A DNA stretch of 64,000 bases, taken from positions 25,606,001 through 25,670,000 of the forward strand of contig NC_083277.1 of NCBI RefSeq assembly GCF_963506605.1, in the 5' to 3' direction. Source of the DNA: Zootoca vivipara (lineage: Eukaryota). This document shows positions 25,725-39,745 of the stretch, piece after piece (position 1 is the stretch's first letter; each line of letters opens with the position of its first letter). A program made the translations under genes and the position numbers. A model generated the notes under the pieces. The model worked only from the letters and a program-made list of their open reading frames with translations. It ran no database searches and was not told the DNA's origin.

Positions 25725-25888
25725 CCACTGAGCTAAGAAGACCCTTCCTCTAACTGTAAATCAGGCAAAACCTTTCCCTGAGCACCACATCTCCAAGGAA
25801 GGATATCTTATTTGATAATGACACTATCTGAATCATTTTTTCATTTTCTTCTTCATGCAAAAGAGAAATACGTATTACAGCAACTTGC

Positions 25889-25981
25889 CTTGTACTGGAG
25901 CATCTCGAACTGTCTCCTGGTTGTTGGGAGTGTGGTTTGGAAGAGCAGGAGGGGCAAGTGGCGGGTGCTCCGCTGTCCATT
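25889..25981 (-). CDS. MAGI1: MAGI1 internal coding exon (93 nt), proline-rich WW2-PDZ1 linker, GC donor
   Basis: TTTTCTTTTCTCAG|AA TGG ACA GCG GAG CAC...CCA GTA CAA G|GCAAGT gives (E)WTAEHPPLAPPALPNHTPNNQETVRDAPVQ, alignable to human [31 protein letters not shown]. Phase 1/1. Confidence 0.9.
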
Positions 25982-28165
25982 CTGAGAAAAGAAAACAGAT
26001 ACAGATGTGCATTGGTTTTTACTCTGTTGACACCAGGGGAAAGTCAGCAATCAAGAGGGACTCGACATGCCGACCATGATGGCTCTTCAAGTGCCTAGTC
26101 AACTTTCTTTGCAACCCTACAGAAGACTCGTCACGATGAGAGTCTCTCAGAGCCTGCCCAACCATGGGAAGTTATGGGGGGAAAGTGATCCATCTTCCTA
26201 AACCAGATGTTGCTGGAATCTGCCAGGCCAAGCAAGTATGGCCGACGGTCAGAGATGATAGGAGTTGTAGTCCAACAACATCTGGAATCCTTGCCTAATG
26301 TGATCAAGGATAAGAGAGCAAGATTAAGCACATGTTGGGAGTGTGGAAAATGAGAGGCAATGCCTGACTAGCGAATTGATATTTGTGGCCACAGAGAATA
26401 GACAGATGCAGTAGTTAGGGTTAACTGCCCATGCTTACACTGTAAGGCCACACACACAGCATTTCAGTGCACGTTACAACTCGTTCAACCTCCCATCTGA
26501 AATTGCCTTGCCTTTATTGGACCTTTGTTTATTTTGAATCTCAGACAAATCTATGGAGGAGAGTGAGCTTTTGTTTTATGTGGCAGATAATGTTTTTATG
26601 CTTGTTTTTTTTTAATGATCCAGTCTCCTTGGCTCTGTTTTATACTGGTTATGTTGATGACATCGTAATCTTAAACACTGTAAAATGCCCTGAGTGGTAG
26701 GGAAGGGTATACATGTCCAAAGATGAAATAAACAATAACTGTAAGGAAAGGAGAGGCACTTAGTGCTGCTTGGCTTAGATACAACTTGCCCATTAACCAG
26801 GCAATGCGTGGAACCGAGCTGTCTGCTGCCTCTGCCATTTTTCTGGAGACCAGGGCAGGTGGGGACAGCTTTTCCTTCCCACCCATTGCAGCTCCTCATG
26901 ATGTGCCTAAGTTCAACTAAGCTGATTATAGTTTAAATTCATCTGTGAACATGTGAGATTATGAAACTATCTCAAACAGAGGTAAACCAATGCTTTATCT
27001 AGCCTGGTCCTACCACCTGTGACAGCTGCTCTCCAAGCTCTCTCGCAGAGATGTTTCTTCCTGATATGATGTAAAAAAACAAACAGCACACACCTGGAAA
27101 TGTCAGTGATTGAAACTGGGCTTCCTGCCTGCAAGATGTGTGCCACAGGACTCTGTTCATTGCAAGCACTGATCTTTCTTTGGCCACCTCTCAGTTGTCC
27201 ACAGAGGATGGGTTTGCGCAAACACTCACATGGGTTTGCATCCTTTGCATTTGGAACTTTAGATCATGGATACTGAAATCCACACAGGAGAGAATGCCTT
27301 GCATCACACTTGCATTACTTCTGGAGCAGCTCTGTGCTTTAAAGGAGTTTCCCCCAGAAAGTATTCACTGGTTTGCCTATTGTGAACACACAGCAGCAAC
27401 CTGAGGAACTAGACAAGTTCTTTCTCATTCACAAATACTGAAGGGAGGACCAGACATTTTCAATGACAGCTTCCTGCTTGTTCTATTTCCTAATGCCTGC
27501 AGTTTTGTCATTGGGTGCTGCAATAATGGTCAGCTGCTTGAAGCATTTACGTATTAAAACAAAAAGGATATCTGAACTGTCAGCATCTATTCACATATAT
27601 TCTGTATTCTACTATGCATCCTAACCCAATAAACCAATAGAGTAAGGCACTCTAAATATGCTGGCCCAGTTTGCACAAATGCGACACCAACGTGAACGAA
27701 CAGACGTGTGGGTTCCCAAAGCGAAGATCGTTAACTATTGCACTCCTCACCGATTCTGCTGTTTGGGGCTTAGCCGTGGTTTGGCTTAGCATTATGTCCA
27801 AACCCAGGCTCACGGTTTGCCTCTGCAAAACAAATTGTGAGTGGCAAATGTTGGCTACAGCCTGTGTTTTGTAGTTCTGGGAACCTGCCATTTCACTTGC
27901 TTGTGCTAAGCTGCCTGTGGACGCTCTCAGAACAGTTTTCTTGATGGATAAATCACAACCTGCAGGACTCTGTATGGGGACTCTGCAAAGGCTGCATATA
28001 TTTCATAACAGAGGCAAGGGACTAATTATATTGGGACTGGTTTTTGCAGGCCAGGAGTATTAATCAGTTCTGATGTATTTCTGTCCCTGCATTGTTATCT
28101 CTCTTCAACTGCGCCTGTCTGTGTATGGAAGGGCAGCTGGGCCTAGCCAGGAATTCAACAATTCA

Positions 28166-28432
<267 letters not shown>

Positions 28433-31400
28433 TCAAAGACTCCTCTAGTGGCAGGGGGAGGAGAGAAGTCAAATGCAAGACCTGTGGACTATGTGTCAGA
28501 AAGCTGCTCTAAAGGTGTGGGGAAATGTTCATAGCTTCTTATCTGGCATGGCATCTTGAAAAGGTACGGCTAATTCTTTCAAATACTCTAAAGTAGCAGC
28601 TTATCTGCGAACAATGATATTAAGGCAGGAGAGTCCATGCAAGACAGTCACCAGATTCTCAGATGTGCAGCCATTGCTGGGTTCAGCAGAGTTTAATACG
28701 GCGGCGATATCTCGAAGATATCTGAACAACATGCTGTATCATCACAGTACATGCAAGCTACTTATAATGCTCCGGAATAAACTTTGCAAAAGCAGACTGC
28801 AGAGAGGCTTAGCTGAAAGACCACAAACAAGCCACGGACACTATCGTTGCAAGTTCATAACCCTAGCAGAAATCTCCAAAAAAATAATAATCAGCATATG
28901 GGGACTCCAAAGTCTGCCACATAAATAAAGGATGGATGGCCGGAAATTAAAAACACCTGTGAAAAGGTTAAAGAACAAAGCAACTCTCTTATCAAAAAGT
29001 TAAGCCAATAACTTTAAGCCATTAGTAGTCTTGCTACAGCCACTTGGAGATCTCGCTTATAGGTTACTTTTTAAAAAACAAAAACAAAACACAGCTCCGC
29101 GATTCCAAAGGCAAGAGCTCTTTTGAGCTTGTTCATTTCCCCTGGCGTGCTCCATTGTTTTCAACGAACCTGGGCTAGAGTCCGACTGGCACTTCCTGAA
29201 TTACCACATGGCTGTGCCTGGATGACCCAACGAAAAAGAAACACAATCGGTGTCTGTCCGCCTTTGGCACACAGCTCCATTGAAAACAATGGGAGAGTGC
29301 GAACACCTGGGGATCGGCTGGATGCAGTCGGATGCAATCTTAGAGCCTGATCTGCTATGATGGCGCAGTGGTGGGTAGGATCAGGCCCTAGACCTTTTGC
29401 ACCACCACGATGGAACAGGTTAAGGCGCTGTGTGAATGGCTGGAGCAGCACCAGTATCACTGCACTTGCCAAGGCTGTTGGGCACCGTGGCAGGGAGGAG
29501 ACAAGGCTGCCGGCTCCTCATCAAGAGCACCCTGGCAGCTTTTGAGCCATAAGAGTAGTGCAGGTTTCCTTATAAGCTAAATGCTGAAAGACGGGCCTCC
29601 CCTATTGCTCCCGTGTTTGTGCCTGTGCGTTATTCACATGAATTCTTTGAATACAAACCTTGAGCCCAATGCAAAGTTTACCCTCATGTCCATCTGGACT
29701 CCAGTCCTTGTAGCAGTTATAGAATATATAAACAAAAACTATTATCAAACAACAGCATTGCACTCACAGGGTCCAGCTCAGATTTCTTTTGGCTCGGATA
29801 GTAATAGAAGCTTCCAACGTAAAATAAAATAAAATAAAGCTATTAGGAAGAGGGGCTGCATTTGACAGAGCAACGTTAATAATAATAATGTGAAGGAATA
29901 ATGTGGAATAATAATGTGAAGGAAATAAAAGCTTCCCAGGTTCCTCTCGGTTATGAAGAACAGGGCTTGGGCCGATTCTTGAGAGTCTCCGTGTCACTGC
30001 AAGCCAGCAGCCCCTTCTGGAGCCTCTGTGGGACTCCAATGCTGTGACCCAGACCTTCCACCCCAGACATTGGTGGGCGAGGGCGCGTGAGGTTATTCAT
30101 AACTCTCTTTGTCATTCTCTCCCATTTCCCAAGTGGGGCAATGCAGAGCAAGTAGGAAGAATGAGCAGAACTGGATTCCCTATCAGCACATAGATGGATG
30201 GAACTGGAAGGAGAAAGTCCATTCTCTTCCTCCAGTTAAAAAAACAAACCTCCCCTGGTAGCTGCACCAGATGAATAATACAGCCATTGTTGGCTCTTTT
30301 GCAGCTTCTCATGGGAGACGCAAGTCCAGTTTTGGACTTGCAGATGCACTTGCATATTATGAACATATGAGCTGGTGTCAGTGTGAATGATGATGTTGTT
30401 CCTGGTCTTGCAAAGCGCTAGCCTTGTGAAGTATGAAGTACTCCTTCAGAGGATGTACATATTGCTCAAATGCAGATAATTCCTCCTGGGGCAGACCTCT
30501 CTCATCTAAGTCTACCAAGCCCCCATATTGTTATTATGCATGCTTTGGAGCTGGCCTTCAGAGTGTCCTTGTATTCCATTTGGTTGCTGGAAGGGGTAGA
30601 TGGAAGGGGTTGCAAGACTCAAGTCTGGGGAACAAAGGCAGACCTCCAGGCCACATATCCACCCCCTGCTTCAGGCCACGCTGCTCATCGGCCCTGCTCC
30701 ATGCCCTCTCTATGCGGTTTCTCTTGGCTAGAAGGTGTCCTTGAACTATGACAATGCCTCTTGTTTTCTGCATGCGGAGACATGTATGGGTGTTAAAACC
30801 ACTGGCATTTGCATGGCTGGGATGCAGCCAACTGCATGCACCTGTTGCTCCAACCCCTTTTGCCTCTGGCCCTGCTCACCCCTGGAGGTTCCCCAAAATG
30901 CAAGGTGTTCCTCAAGCTGGAAAAGGCTCCCCATCCCTGGAATATGAGAAGCAGCTGTACAGGCAACCAAGCTGACTAACTGAAAAGTCTGATTCCCTAC
31001 CACACACACACACAAACGCACATGCAAACAATGTTTAGACCCCTCTCCAAAACCTCACTGTGAGAAATAATGCCTTACCATCCTATACTAAAAATGGATA
31101 ATCCAAATCTCACAAATGCAAAACAGTGAGTGAATGGTGATAAAGTTTTCTCTTAGTTCTTAACTGCACTTGGCACTTCCTCAAAATAGGTTACAAATGC
31201 TGTTTCTGACAAGGACGAAGGCCTTGACAGGCAGGAAAAGGCCAGAAAAGTCAGCTGAAGTGTTTATAATGGGTTGAAATACTAGGAAAATGAGATACAA
31301 GGGTACATGTGGATGTACTGTACGTGCATCATGGCGGGGTATTAATGCATACACAAAATGAGCATTCTCTCTGTGTGCTTAAACTGCCACTAGCATGGAG

Positions 31401-32356
31401 GTTATTAGGTTCATGGGTAACAGTTAGGAGCAATAGGCCTGGTGGCTATATTCGGTCATTTTTTTAGAAAACAAGACTAAGGCAAAAGTGAAAAAAGTAC
31501 CAGTGTAACCTTATCAGACCTATTGCTATCTTCAGCATCCACACAACTCTTACATATATGTTGATCCTACTTGCAGGTAGGAATGGCCGGATAAGGAGGG
31601 GAAAAAACCAACTGTGGATTCAAAGGAGGAAATGACAGTAGACAAGCTTGGAATTGTATTATCCTGAACATGCATTCATACTATTCATCAAGTTTGATAG
31701 TCTCATTATTATGCAATATATTTTCCCTATCTAAATAACGTGTATTGAAAAAAGCTATCCCAGAACAACCACAATATAGTGAAGCATCAAATGATCAGGG
31801 TATCGGGGGGAGAAGTGAAATTACGGTGCGAAAAGCAGAATTGTGTGAATCCTATCTTTCTAGCTCCAGGAGTTTTCTGGTGAAATGAACAATGGCGGGC
31901 CTGCCACTGACACAAGGGTTCCGTTGTGGGGTTTGTGCGCAAAGGCACAACTGTGCAAAGTCAAGAACCCCTGGAACTGCCCCATTCTCTGCAAGGCTGA
32001 GGGATACTCACTGGGGTCAGGGAAAGTCATGTTGGGACCCGTGACTTTCCCAGATTCCAGGAATCAAAGCACAGGGCGTTAGGAAGGATGCACACAGGCT
32101 CTGGAACGCTGTTGTGATTGGGTTAAGTAAAGCAAGCACAAGTTGTGGGTTTATCATATATAGATTTCAGCTAGCTGGTCTTTTGGCATGGAAACTGATT
32201 TGGATGTTCTATGATCTACAGTGGAAGTGTGACTCTGTTGGTTCTCCCAGTGTTTTTTTGGTACCATCGAAAAATGTTTGAAAACAGCTACAAAAGGTTG
32301 AAACCAGGATGCCGACAGGTTCTACCACGCCAGTTTTCTACGATTTGCATTGATTT

Positions 32357-32463
32357 GTCCAGTTGCGGACGACTCGGGGGTTGCGCGCTCATCTCGCACT
32401 ATAGGCCAAGGGAGCCGGCGTTTGTCCGCAGACAGTTTCCAGTTCATGTGGCCAGCATGACTA
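32357..32463 (-). mobile_element. Sauria SINE internal fragment
   Basis: Reverse complement of the catgctggccacatga...gcgagatgagcgcgcaacccc segment. Confidence 0.75.
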
Positions 32464-32542
32464 CCACTTTCTATCTGAGCTCAATTCAAGGAGCTGGTGT
32501 TAACATTTTAAGTACCAAAGGGCTTGGAACTAGGATAACTTA

Positions 32543-32910
32543 AGGTCTGCCTTCTCCCATACATTCCTCCCTGCATGCTGTGATCATCACCTAGAGCAGG
32601 CATCCCCAAACTTCGGCCCTCCAGATGTTTTGTACTACAATTCCCATCATCCCTGACCACTGGTCCTCTTAGCTAGGGATCATGGGAGTTGTAGGCCAAA
32701 ACTCCCATGGAGGGCTACAGTTTGGGGATGCCTGGCCTAGAGCCTTTCTCTAGATCCCATGATCCTGGTAAACAAAGCAGCAGTAAAGATTTCCCTGCTG
32801 TGGCCTCCCACCTGTGGAATGCCTTGCCAAGTGAGGTATCTCAGCCCCCATCACCGCACTGTTTTAGGTGGCTGGTAAAAACTTGGCTCTTTCAAAAGGC
32901 CTTTGCGTGA
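32543..32910 (+). mobile_element. Old L2 3' remnant interrupted by a MITE
   Basis: FPAVASHLWNALPSEVSQPPSPHCFRWLVKTWLFQKAF* is L2-like. Confidence 0.65.
32597..32734. mobile_element. ~136-bp hairpin hAT MITE
   Basis: TIRs caggcatccccaaac / gtttggggatgcctg; TSD acctagag / gcctagag. Confidence 0.88.
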
Positions 32911-34909
32911 TATTTCTGGCATAGTTTCAGGGGCAATTATAAAGCATGGGGTAGCTTGGTTCTTATGTCCATCTTGGCTATGAGTCCTGGAAGATCTTGT
33001 AAGTTCCCTGCCTTACAAGCCTTTCCCACCTGGAGCGGAAGGCCAGGGCCCCGACTGACTCCAGCTACAAAAGCTAAGGCTACTGAACAGACTCTTGGGC
33101 TGGGGTGTCGTTTCAGGATTTTTGTTGCAGCAGGGGTTTTTGCTGTTATTGCTAATGTCTTGCCCTATTAATTTAGATCTTATTATGATTTCTGTGGAAA
33201 TTGTTCTGTTTCGTTGTGTGATTTTTGATGTGTTAAATTTATTGTTTGTGGCTACTTTTTATGCTGTAAGCCGCCTTGAGCATGGTGTTAATTTTAGAAA
33301 TACAATTAAAATGTATGCATGTATGTCAATAAATCGTAATGTATTTTATTATTGCTTTATGTTTTGGGTTGTAAGCCACCTTGAGCTTGTCTTAGCAAAT
33401 TAGGCAGGAATGATGACAACAGCAACAACTTCCAGAGGTAAACATGTACATACTCGTGCAATGTTTGTGTAGTTCCTCTTTCCACAGCAGCCCCTCATGC
33501 CATGCTGAAAAACACTCCAAAGATGTCCCTGACTTCCAGAGTAACTTTTTCAGAGGCACACGGGACTGTTGTGGAAAGGGAAGAACTAAGAGGCCCAAGC
33601 ACATGTGTCCAATGCTACGGACCAGCTCTTTAGATCCCAAACCATTGTTTCTCTTATGCTGCTTTCGCATGTTGCCAGCCAATTTTCCCCTGAAGCAGAG
33701 GACTTAATATAAATGGATTATTTGTGCACCATGCATACATACACACATACACACACACACACAGTTGGAAAATACTGGAGAGATTTCTTAGTAGGGTGTT
33801 TAATAGCAAAAAAAGGAAAAAGGAAAAAGAGAAAGAGAAAGAGAAAAGATAAATCTTTCCCCTTGATGTCTCCAGCAAAATAAATGCCTTTTTTTAATTA
33901 TACGGTTTGCCAACGTTGGAGTCCAAGACACAAAGGCCATGAGTTAAAACAACAAACATACACCATGAACGGTTAACTCTTCCAACTACAGAAAACAGTG
34001 TGAGCTGAAAGATACCAAGGAGCTCATCTATTCATTCGTACATATAATTAAATATGCATTCTTGTGGGGGTTAGCAATGGAACTAAAATGGAATCTCAAT
34101 TTCTTAAGGGAGAGAGCTGCAGTCTAAATCAAGAGCAAGGCAGAATGGGGGGTGGGGGTGGGGAGAGAAGGAAGTTGCCCTTGTAAAAATGCTGCCCCCC
34201 TTTAAGCAACTGCTCACTGCAGGATTCCTTCTGGGTAATGTTTGTTTCCACACATTTGGAATAAAGTCACAGTAGTCATTTTGGCTACACTGCAGTGCTA
34301 GCAAAAGCAGGAATTAAAGCCAAAAACTGTGACCCAGTTCAGTTAATCTAAGAAGATTCCGGTCATTAAGAATGCCAGTTTGCTGCCATATTCAGATAGC
34401 GAATCTGCAAATCCTGTGCCCCCGCTTTTCAAACACAGGCAATGTTTCTGAACTGCCATTTACTTAGGACCCCACGACTTAAAACTGAGGTCTGTATTGT
34501 CTTCATTTCACGGCAACTCTTTTCAATGCTCATTTTCATTAAATAGCTAGTATATCATCCCCAAGCTTCTTGTATACAGGAAATGGAGTTTCCCCTCTCT
34601 CAGGCTGAATTTGTGTTTTCTCCCTTAATTATCACTAGGGGGTGCACAAGAGCAATACATGATGCACCCTCCTCTCTTTCCCTCTTCAAGCATCCATACT
34701 ACAGAAAGAGCCATGTATTTGCAGTTTTATGCTGCTAGCTACATATTGGCACATAGCGCCACAGCCAGTTAATGAGAAATCAGTCAAGGTGGCTAAATTT
34801 CCCATGATAAATGCCCAGCTCAAGTGGATTTCCACACAGTGGTTGGATGCTGCTATCTTCAGCATGTTAAGGGTCACATAAAAATCATTACGGCGACAAA
34901 GTTACTTAC

Positions 34910-34967
34910 TCTACATAGTAGACACCATATACAGGATCTTCGATCTTTTCCCAACCAGTAGGTAGTT
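34910..34967 (-). CDS. MAGI1: MAGI1 internal coding exon (58 nt), start of WW2
   Basis: TTTCCAG|AA CTA CCT ACT GGT TGG GAA AAG ATC GAA GAT CCT GTA TAT GGT GTC TAC TAT GTA GA|GTAAGT = (E)LPTGWEKIEDPVYGVYYV(D). Confidence 0.95.
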
Positions 34968-35692
34968 CTGGAAACAAATGGATATTACTTATTTAAAGCA
35001 TTTTACTTTCACTTGCAGATTTATCCTCCCCACTGCTGGCTGCCCCAACTACGTTTTCACATAACGCTTGCTGCAATCCTAGATTATCCTAGAGCATGCA
35101 AGTTTTAAGAATACGCTTTTTAAAACAATCTATTCACTCATTGGACAACACATTCATGGAAATGGCTTCTCAGGACACATTGTGCAGCTAAAAGGGTGAG
35201 GCACACGCAGTCTCTTTTCCCCAAAAAAGGTGGTCTGTTGTAGTAAAATGAACCAAGATCCAAATAAGTCATTCTTTTAGTGCAAAGGACCTGTGCAACA
35301 GACCTTCTTGTTTTCTTCTCCTGGTGACCCCTCTCCCCAAATGCACAGGAGGCATGTGGGCTGAATATTTCATTTTGTGCAGGTGGGAGCCCTGCCACTA
35401 ATAGGAATAACTTCACTGGATGCAACCCAAACAGTCCTAAGGTACAGCATCAGCTTTCATAGGACAATCTCCTGGGAGCTTTCGTGCAGCACTTAGTTCG
35501 GTCTCAGAAGTTTTTGTTATGGCTGTCGAAATGCACATTTAATGACAAAAAGGCTTACGGAGCCCAGAAGGTAACAGGGCCCTGAAACAAGGATCAAATG
35601 ACGACAGGCTCATATTCATTAGCTATGTCTGCAGAGCGAGATTTCCGAATGGCTGATTCGAATTCTTTACAATAGAGAGTGATACAGTTATA

Positions 35693-35987
35693 CAGTGGTG
35701 CCCCGACTTATGAATTCAATCCGTTCCGAAGGCACCTTTTTAAGTCGAAAAATTCGCAAGTCGAAAAACGCCATTGGAAACGCAATTTCCCATAGGAATG
35801 CATTGAAAACGGAAAAATTCGTAAGTTGAAGCAACCCTATCTAAAAATTCGCAAGTCGAAAAATCCCTATCTAAAACCGCTGCGGTTTTTTTTTTCAGAT
35901 GTTGAGACATTCGTAAGTGCGCGGCCATTACCCCCATTCGTAAGTAAAAAAATTCAGTTGTCGAGTCGTTCGTAAGTCGAGGTATTG
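35693..35987. mobile_element. Tc1/mariner (Tigger/pogo-like) MITE, right end damaged
   Basis: ta|cagtggtgccccgactta...ttcgtaagtcgagg; repeated ttcgtaagtcgaa motifs; related to 52191-52433. Confidence 0.78.
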
Positions 35988-37461
35988 CAAAATAGGGGCA
36001 ACGTTCCCAGCAACGTCACATGACCTGGCGCCTGTCAACATGCCCAACTGATGTCCATGTGAGCACCCCCAAAAAGGCAGGTCCTCCCGCAGCACCTTGC
36101 AAGCTGCTAATGTGGCCCAACTTGCAGCAATTGTCTCTTAGCTCTATCTAAGCACTTCACATTTCTATCACAACTGAAAGGGATCAGAATCCCGATGCTG
36201 ACAGCATAAATCTCTGTGCACGTGCAGTCATTTTACCATGTTACAAAACCTGTCACAAAATCATTATCCCTTAATCGCACCTTAAAGTAATTTTCAGTTT
36301 TACAACTGCGGGGTGGGGGGTGGGGGGAATGCAGCAAAGGGAAGATTGCTCAGGAAAAGCTAAGAGCTCCATGCCTGCAGGTTTGCAAAGCTGGAGGCGT
36401 AAATACTTCTATAAGCATAATTAGTCAATGAAGAAAAACCATTTGAGCGTACATCGGAGTTTGCTTTTTTAACTTGTCTGTTTTGTTTTCTCCTGCTCTC
36501 GATAAAAGAGAATGGAGCGTCAAAGGGGCCACAGGCACAGAAACATGAGATTTGCTCTGAAGAAGCTCTACTTATCAGAAGCAAATTGCTACCTTTAGCT
36601 TAACCTGGGTAGAGTTGCCTAGTAGTTTTAAGGGGGGTGGGATGCACCATCCTTTTCAACAGGCAGCCATGAACAACCTCAGAAGACACGAATCCATCAT
36701 TTGTCCTCTGTGGACACAACACAGATGAGGGCAATTGTGTGGGCTGTGTAGTATGAATGATAAGAACAATTCTTCCAGCTCACAGGAAACCTTTCCCAAT
36801 GAATCACTTTTGGTTCCCCCAGTTTATGTGAACATCACAAGCCAGGGCTAAGAGAGGTTTCATTTTGAATAAAGCTCCTGAATTGGGGGGGGGGGCATTG
36901 TATATAGCAATGGTACATGGGGGAAAAGGTTCAGACTTGCTGGGACTCCTAGGTGTGCACAATGCTCATGGTCATCTTTCAGGCTTCCCAAGGGCATCTG
37001 GTTGGCCACTGTGAAAACAGGATGCTGAGCCACTGACCGGATCCAGCAGGCTCATCTTATTACTGTAATATATTTATTTATACCCCCGCCTTTCGCCCCG
37101 ATGGGACTCAAGGCAGCTTACAGTCAAACTTAAGAACCACTAAAAATACAATTAAACATTGAAGGAAAAAAAACCCCAAAAGCTACATACATATATAACA
37201 TTTACTAAAAACCATCCCCAACATGTTAGGTTCTTAGAGTTAGCCAATGTGGTACCATCCACATGCTGCTGGACTTTGGCTGCCATCAGCCCTAAGCAAG
37301 CAAGGGTTATGAGAGTTGCAGTCCAATAACATCAGGAAGGCACCGTCCTGGATCAGAGCTACACTCCTCAATAAGCCAAGCTTTCACAGGCAGGGTGTTT
37401 TTTTGACATGAATACAAAACAAGAATTACCTTGCTAGAGCAAGCCAAACATCCATCTAGTC

Positions 37462-37597
37462 CAGTCTTTCTGAAACTTGGGTCTCTAGCTGTTTTTCAAC
37501 TACAATTCCCATCATCCCTGACCACTGGTCCTGCTAGCTAGGGATGATGGGAGTTGTAGTCCAAAAACAGCTGGAGACCCAAGCTTCGGAAACGTTG
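37462..37597. mobile_element. Hairpin hAT MITE (variant TIR)
   Basis: cagtctttctgaaacttgggtctc...gagacccaagcttcggaaacgttg, flanked by atctagtc on both sides. Confidence 0.82.
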
Positions 37598-37605
37598 ATC
37601 TAGTC

Positions 37606-37988
37606 CAGGGGTCCCCAAACTGCGGCCCCCGGGCCGGATGCGGCCCAATCGGCCTCCCAATCCGGCCCGCGACGACCCCCGTCGCCCGCTGCCGCCGCCC
37701 GCTCTTACGGCGCGCGGCGCGGCGACGATCTAAAAAATCGGCAAAAAATCGCCGAAAATCCTTTGTGCGCATGCGTATGGGCCTCTCCCGACCCAGAAGA
37801 GGTCATTTCCGATGCACTTCCGGGTCGGGGGAGGCCCATACGCATGCGCACAAGCGATTTTCGGCGATTTTTTCCCGCCCGTGCGTGTGTGCGCATGCGC
37901 ACGGGCGCACACTCCCCTGCCCTCCGGCCCGCCGCGCGGTCGGCGCGGTGGGCACCGGCCCACGGCGCGGTAAGTCTGGGGACCCCTG
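37606..37988. mobile_element. CpG-rich young hAT MITE with internal palindrome
   Basis: TIRs caggggtccccaaact / agtctggggacccctg; perfect TSD atctagtc. Confidence 0.9.
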
Positions 37989-39745
37989 ATCTAGTCCTTT
38001 TTCTTATCCTCAGCAGGGAATATTAACACACACACACACCTGAATTCTGACATAGCACACTCCAAATAGGGTTTTAACCATGGGCTGTTCCTAAACTCAA
38101 TAGGGTGAATTGAAAGAAAGAAAGAGAAAGGAGACACTATATGCTCAGCATATCAGTGTCTTTTTCAGAATCAGGCCGTTTCATTGAGCTTACCTATAAT
38201 GGTAAAAAAATAACCAACGTGAGAATTATTCTAAGACCACAGCAAGAAGCCATTTTTGTGTGTAACAAGCATTAGTTAACAGCACAATCATATGCATGTC
38301 TACTTAGAAGGACGTCCCCATAAGGCTTGTTCCCAGGAAGCACATATAGGATTACAGCCTTAAAAAGAAAAGAAAAAACACCCAAACCTTATTTTGTAGC
38401 CTGTACAATCAAATGGTTGCGCAACACGAAACAGTAATCCAGTGTGCTATCGACAGGCTCCAGCTACAATGCCATAAGGACACAAATAGCTCCAGACTGA
38501 ACAGCAATGAAACCCTTATAAACACACATGGGCTAATTACTCAAAATGTATGTTTGCAATGCGGAAACTGGCTGAAAATCAAGAGAAATTATTTAATGAG
38601 TTCTGCTCCACATGTTCCTTGTTTGCAAATAAAAGGCAGGTTTCCCTCCAACTTCCCCCACCCACATCTTTTCTTTTTTTTAAAAAAAAATGCTATCCTT
38701 CTGAAGCATCTTTGGATTCCTTGAGATATAAAGAAAGGAAACGCAAGCCAGCACTGATTGGGGGTAGAGGAGGAGTGGTTTGGAGGTGCGTGTGCAAGAA
38801 AGGAAACGCTTGCCAAAATGATAAACTGGTCTTTTCTGCAGACCAGAAACAAGGGCTTTCTGGGTACAGCATTTGAAGGCAATAAAATTGCTTCTCAGAA
38901 GACCCAAATTTTGCTCTGTAATCCTTCACCAAAGAAAACCGAACAAAATATGTTTTTTTCTTTGTTAGAGTCACTTAAAATCTGGACTTTAATAGTGCTT
39001 CCAAAGATATTACACCTCTTAAAATCAATGTCTAGGTGTCCAGAATACTTCCATAATGTGGAAGTTGAAGCTGGCGAGAATGTCACTGCAGAGAAAAATG
39101 AGCTCTGGGTCTCCGTGTTTAGTACCTCAGCCATTTTTTTAAAAAATGTACCAAGTAAAATGTTATTAAAATTCACCTTGGAGAGATTTGTCCCTGCCTT
39201 TTCTTTGCCTTTTTGATCTGAAGCATTTTGACAAACAAGTGCTAAATTCCAAAAATAAACATCAATATTGAAATTGTAAGCAATGTTGTTGATAATCCAC
39301 CACCAAAGTGAAAGGTTGCCACTTTTAAAAAAAGCTTTTTTGTTTCTTTTGTTTGTTTTCTTTCTGTCTTGAATGAGTTGCATTTTAACAAGTGTGCACA
39401 GGCTTGCATGCGGTTTCTCTGGAAATTCGTACTTGGGGGGGGGGGGAGACGCACACACAACATTGGGGAAATTGCAAAGCCAATCGGGGAATAAACTTAT
39501 CATATGTCAGCTGGGGTATTGTTTTGGGGGGTTTTATTGGTGGGGGTTGCTGGTGTTTATTTTTTGTATCTTTATTTTGCATCTGATTATGATTTATGTG
39601 GAAATTGATCAATCTTGTTGTGTGCTTTATGATGTTTTGTTTACGACTAACCTTTCTGTTTGCAGTTATGCCATTTTTGGATGTTGTAGGCCGCCTTGAG
39701 CGTGGTTTTAGTTTTGGAAAGGTGGCATACAAACAAAACGATTCG

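Noticed and set aside
37454-37996. CRISPR-like repeat-spacer array
   Set aside because: Repeats are only 8 bp, spacers are TIR elements, the context is eukaryotic and no cas genes are present.
38758-39503. Overlapping 152-aa and 202-aa ORFs
   Set aside because: AT-rich low-complexity translations without motifs; consistent with chance.
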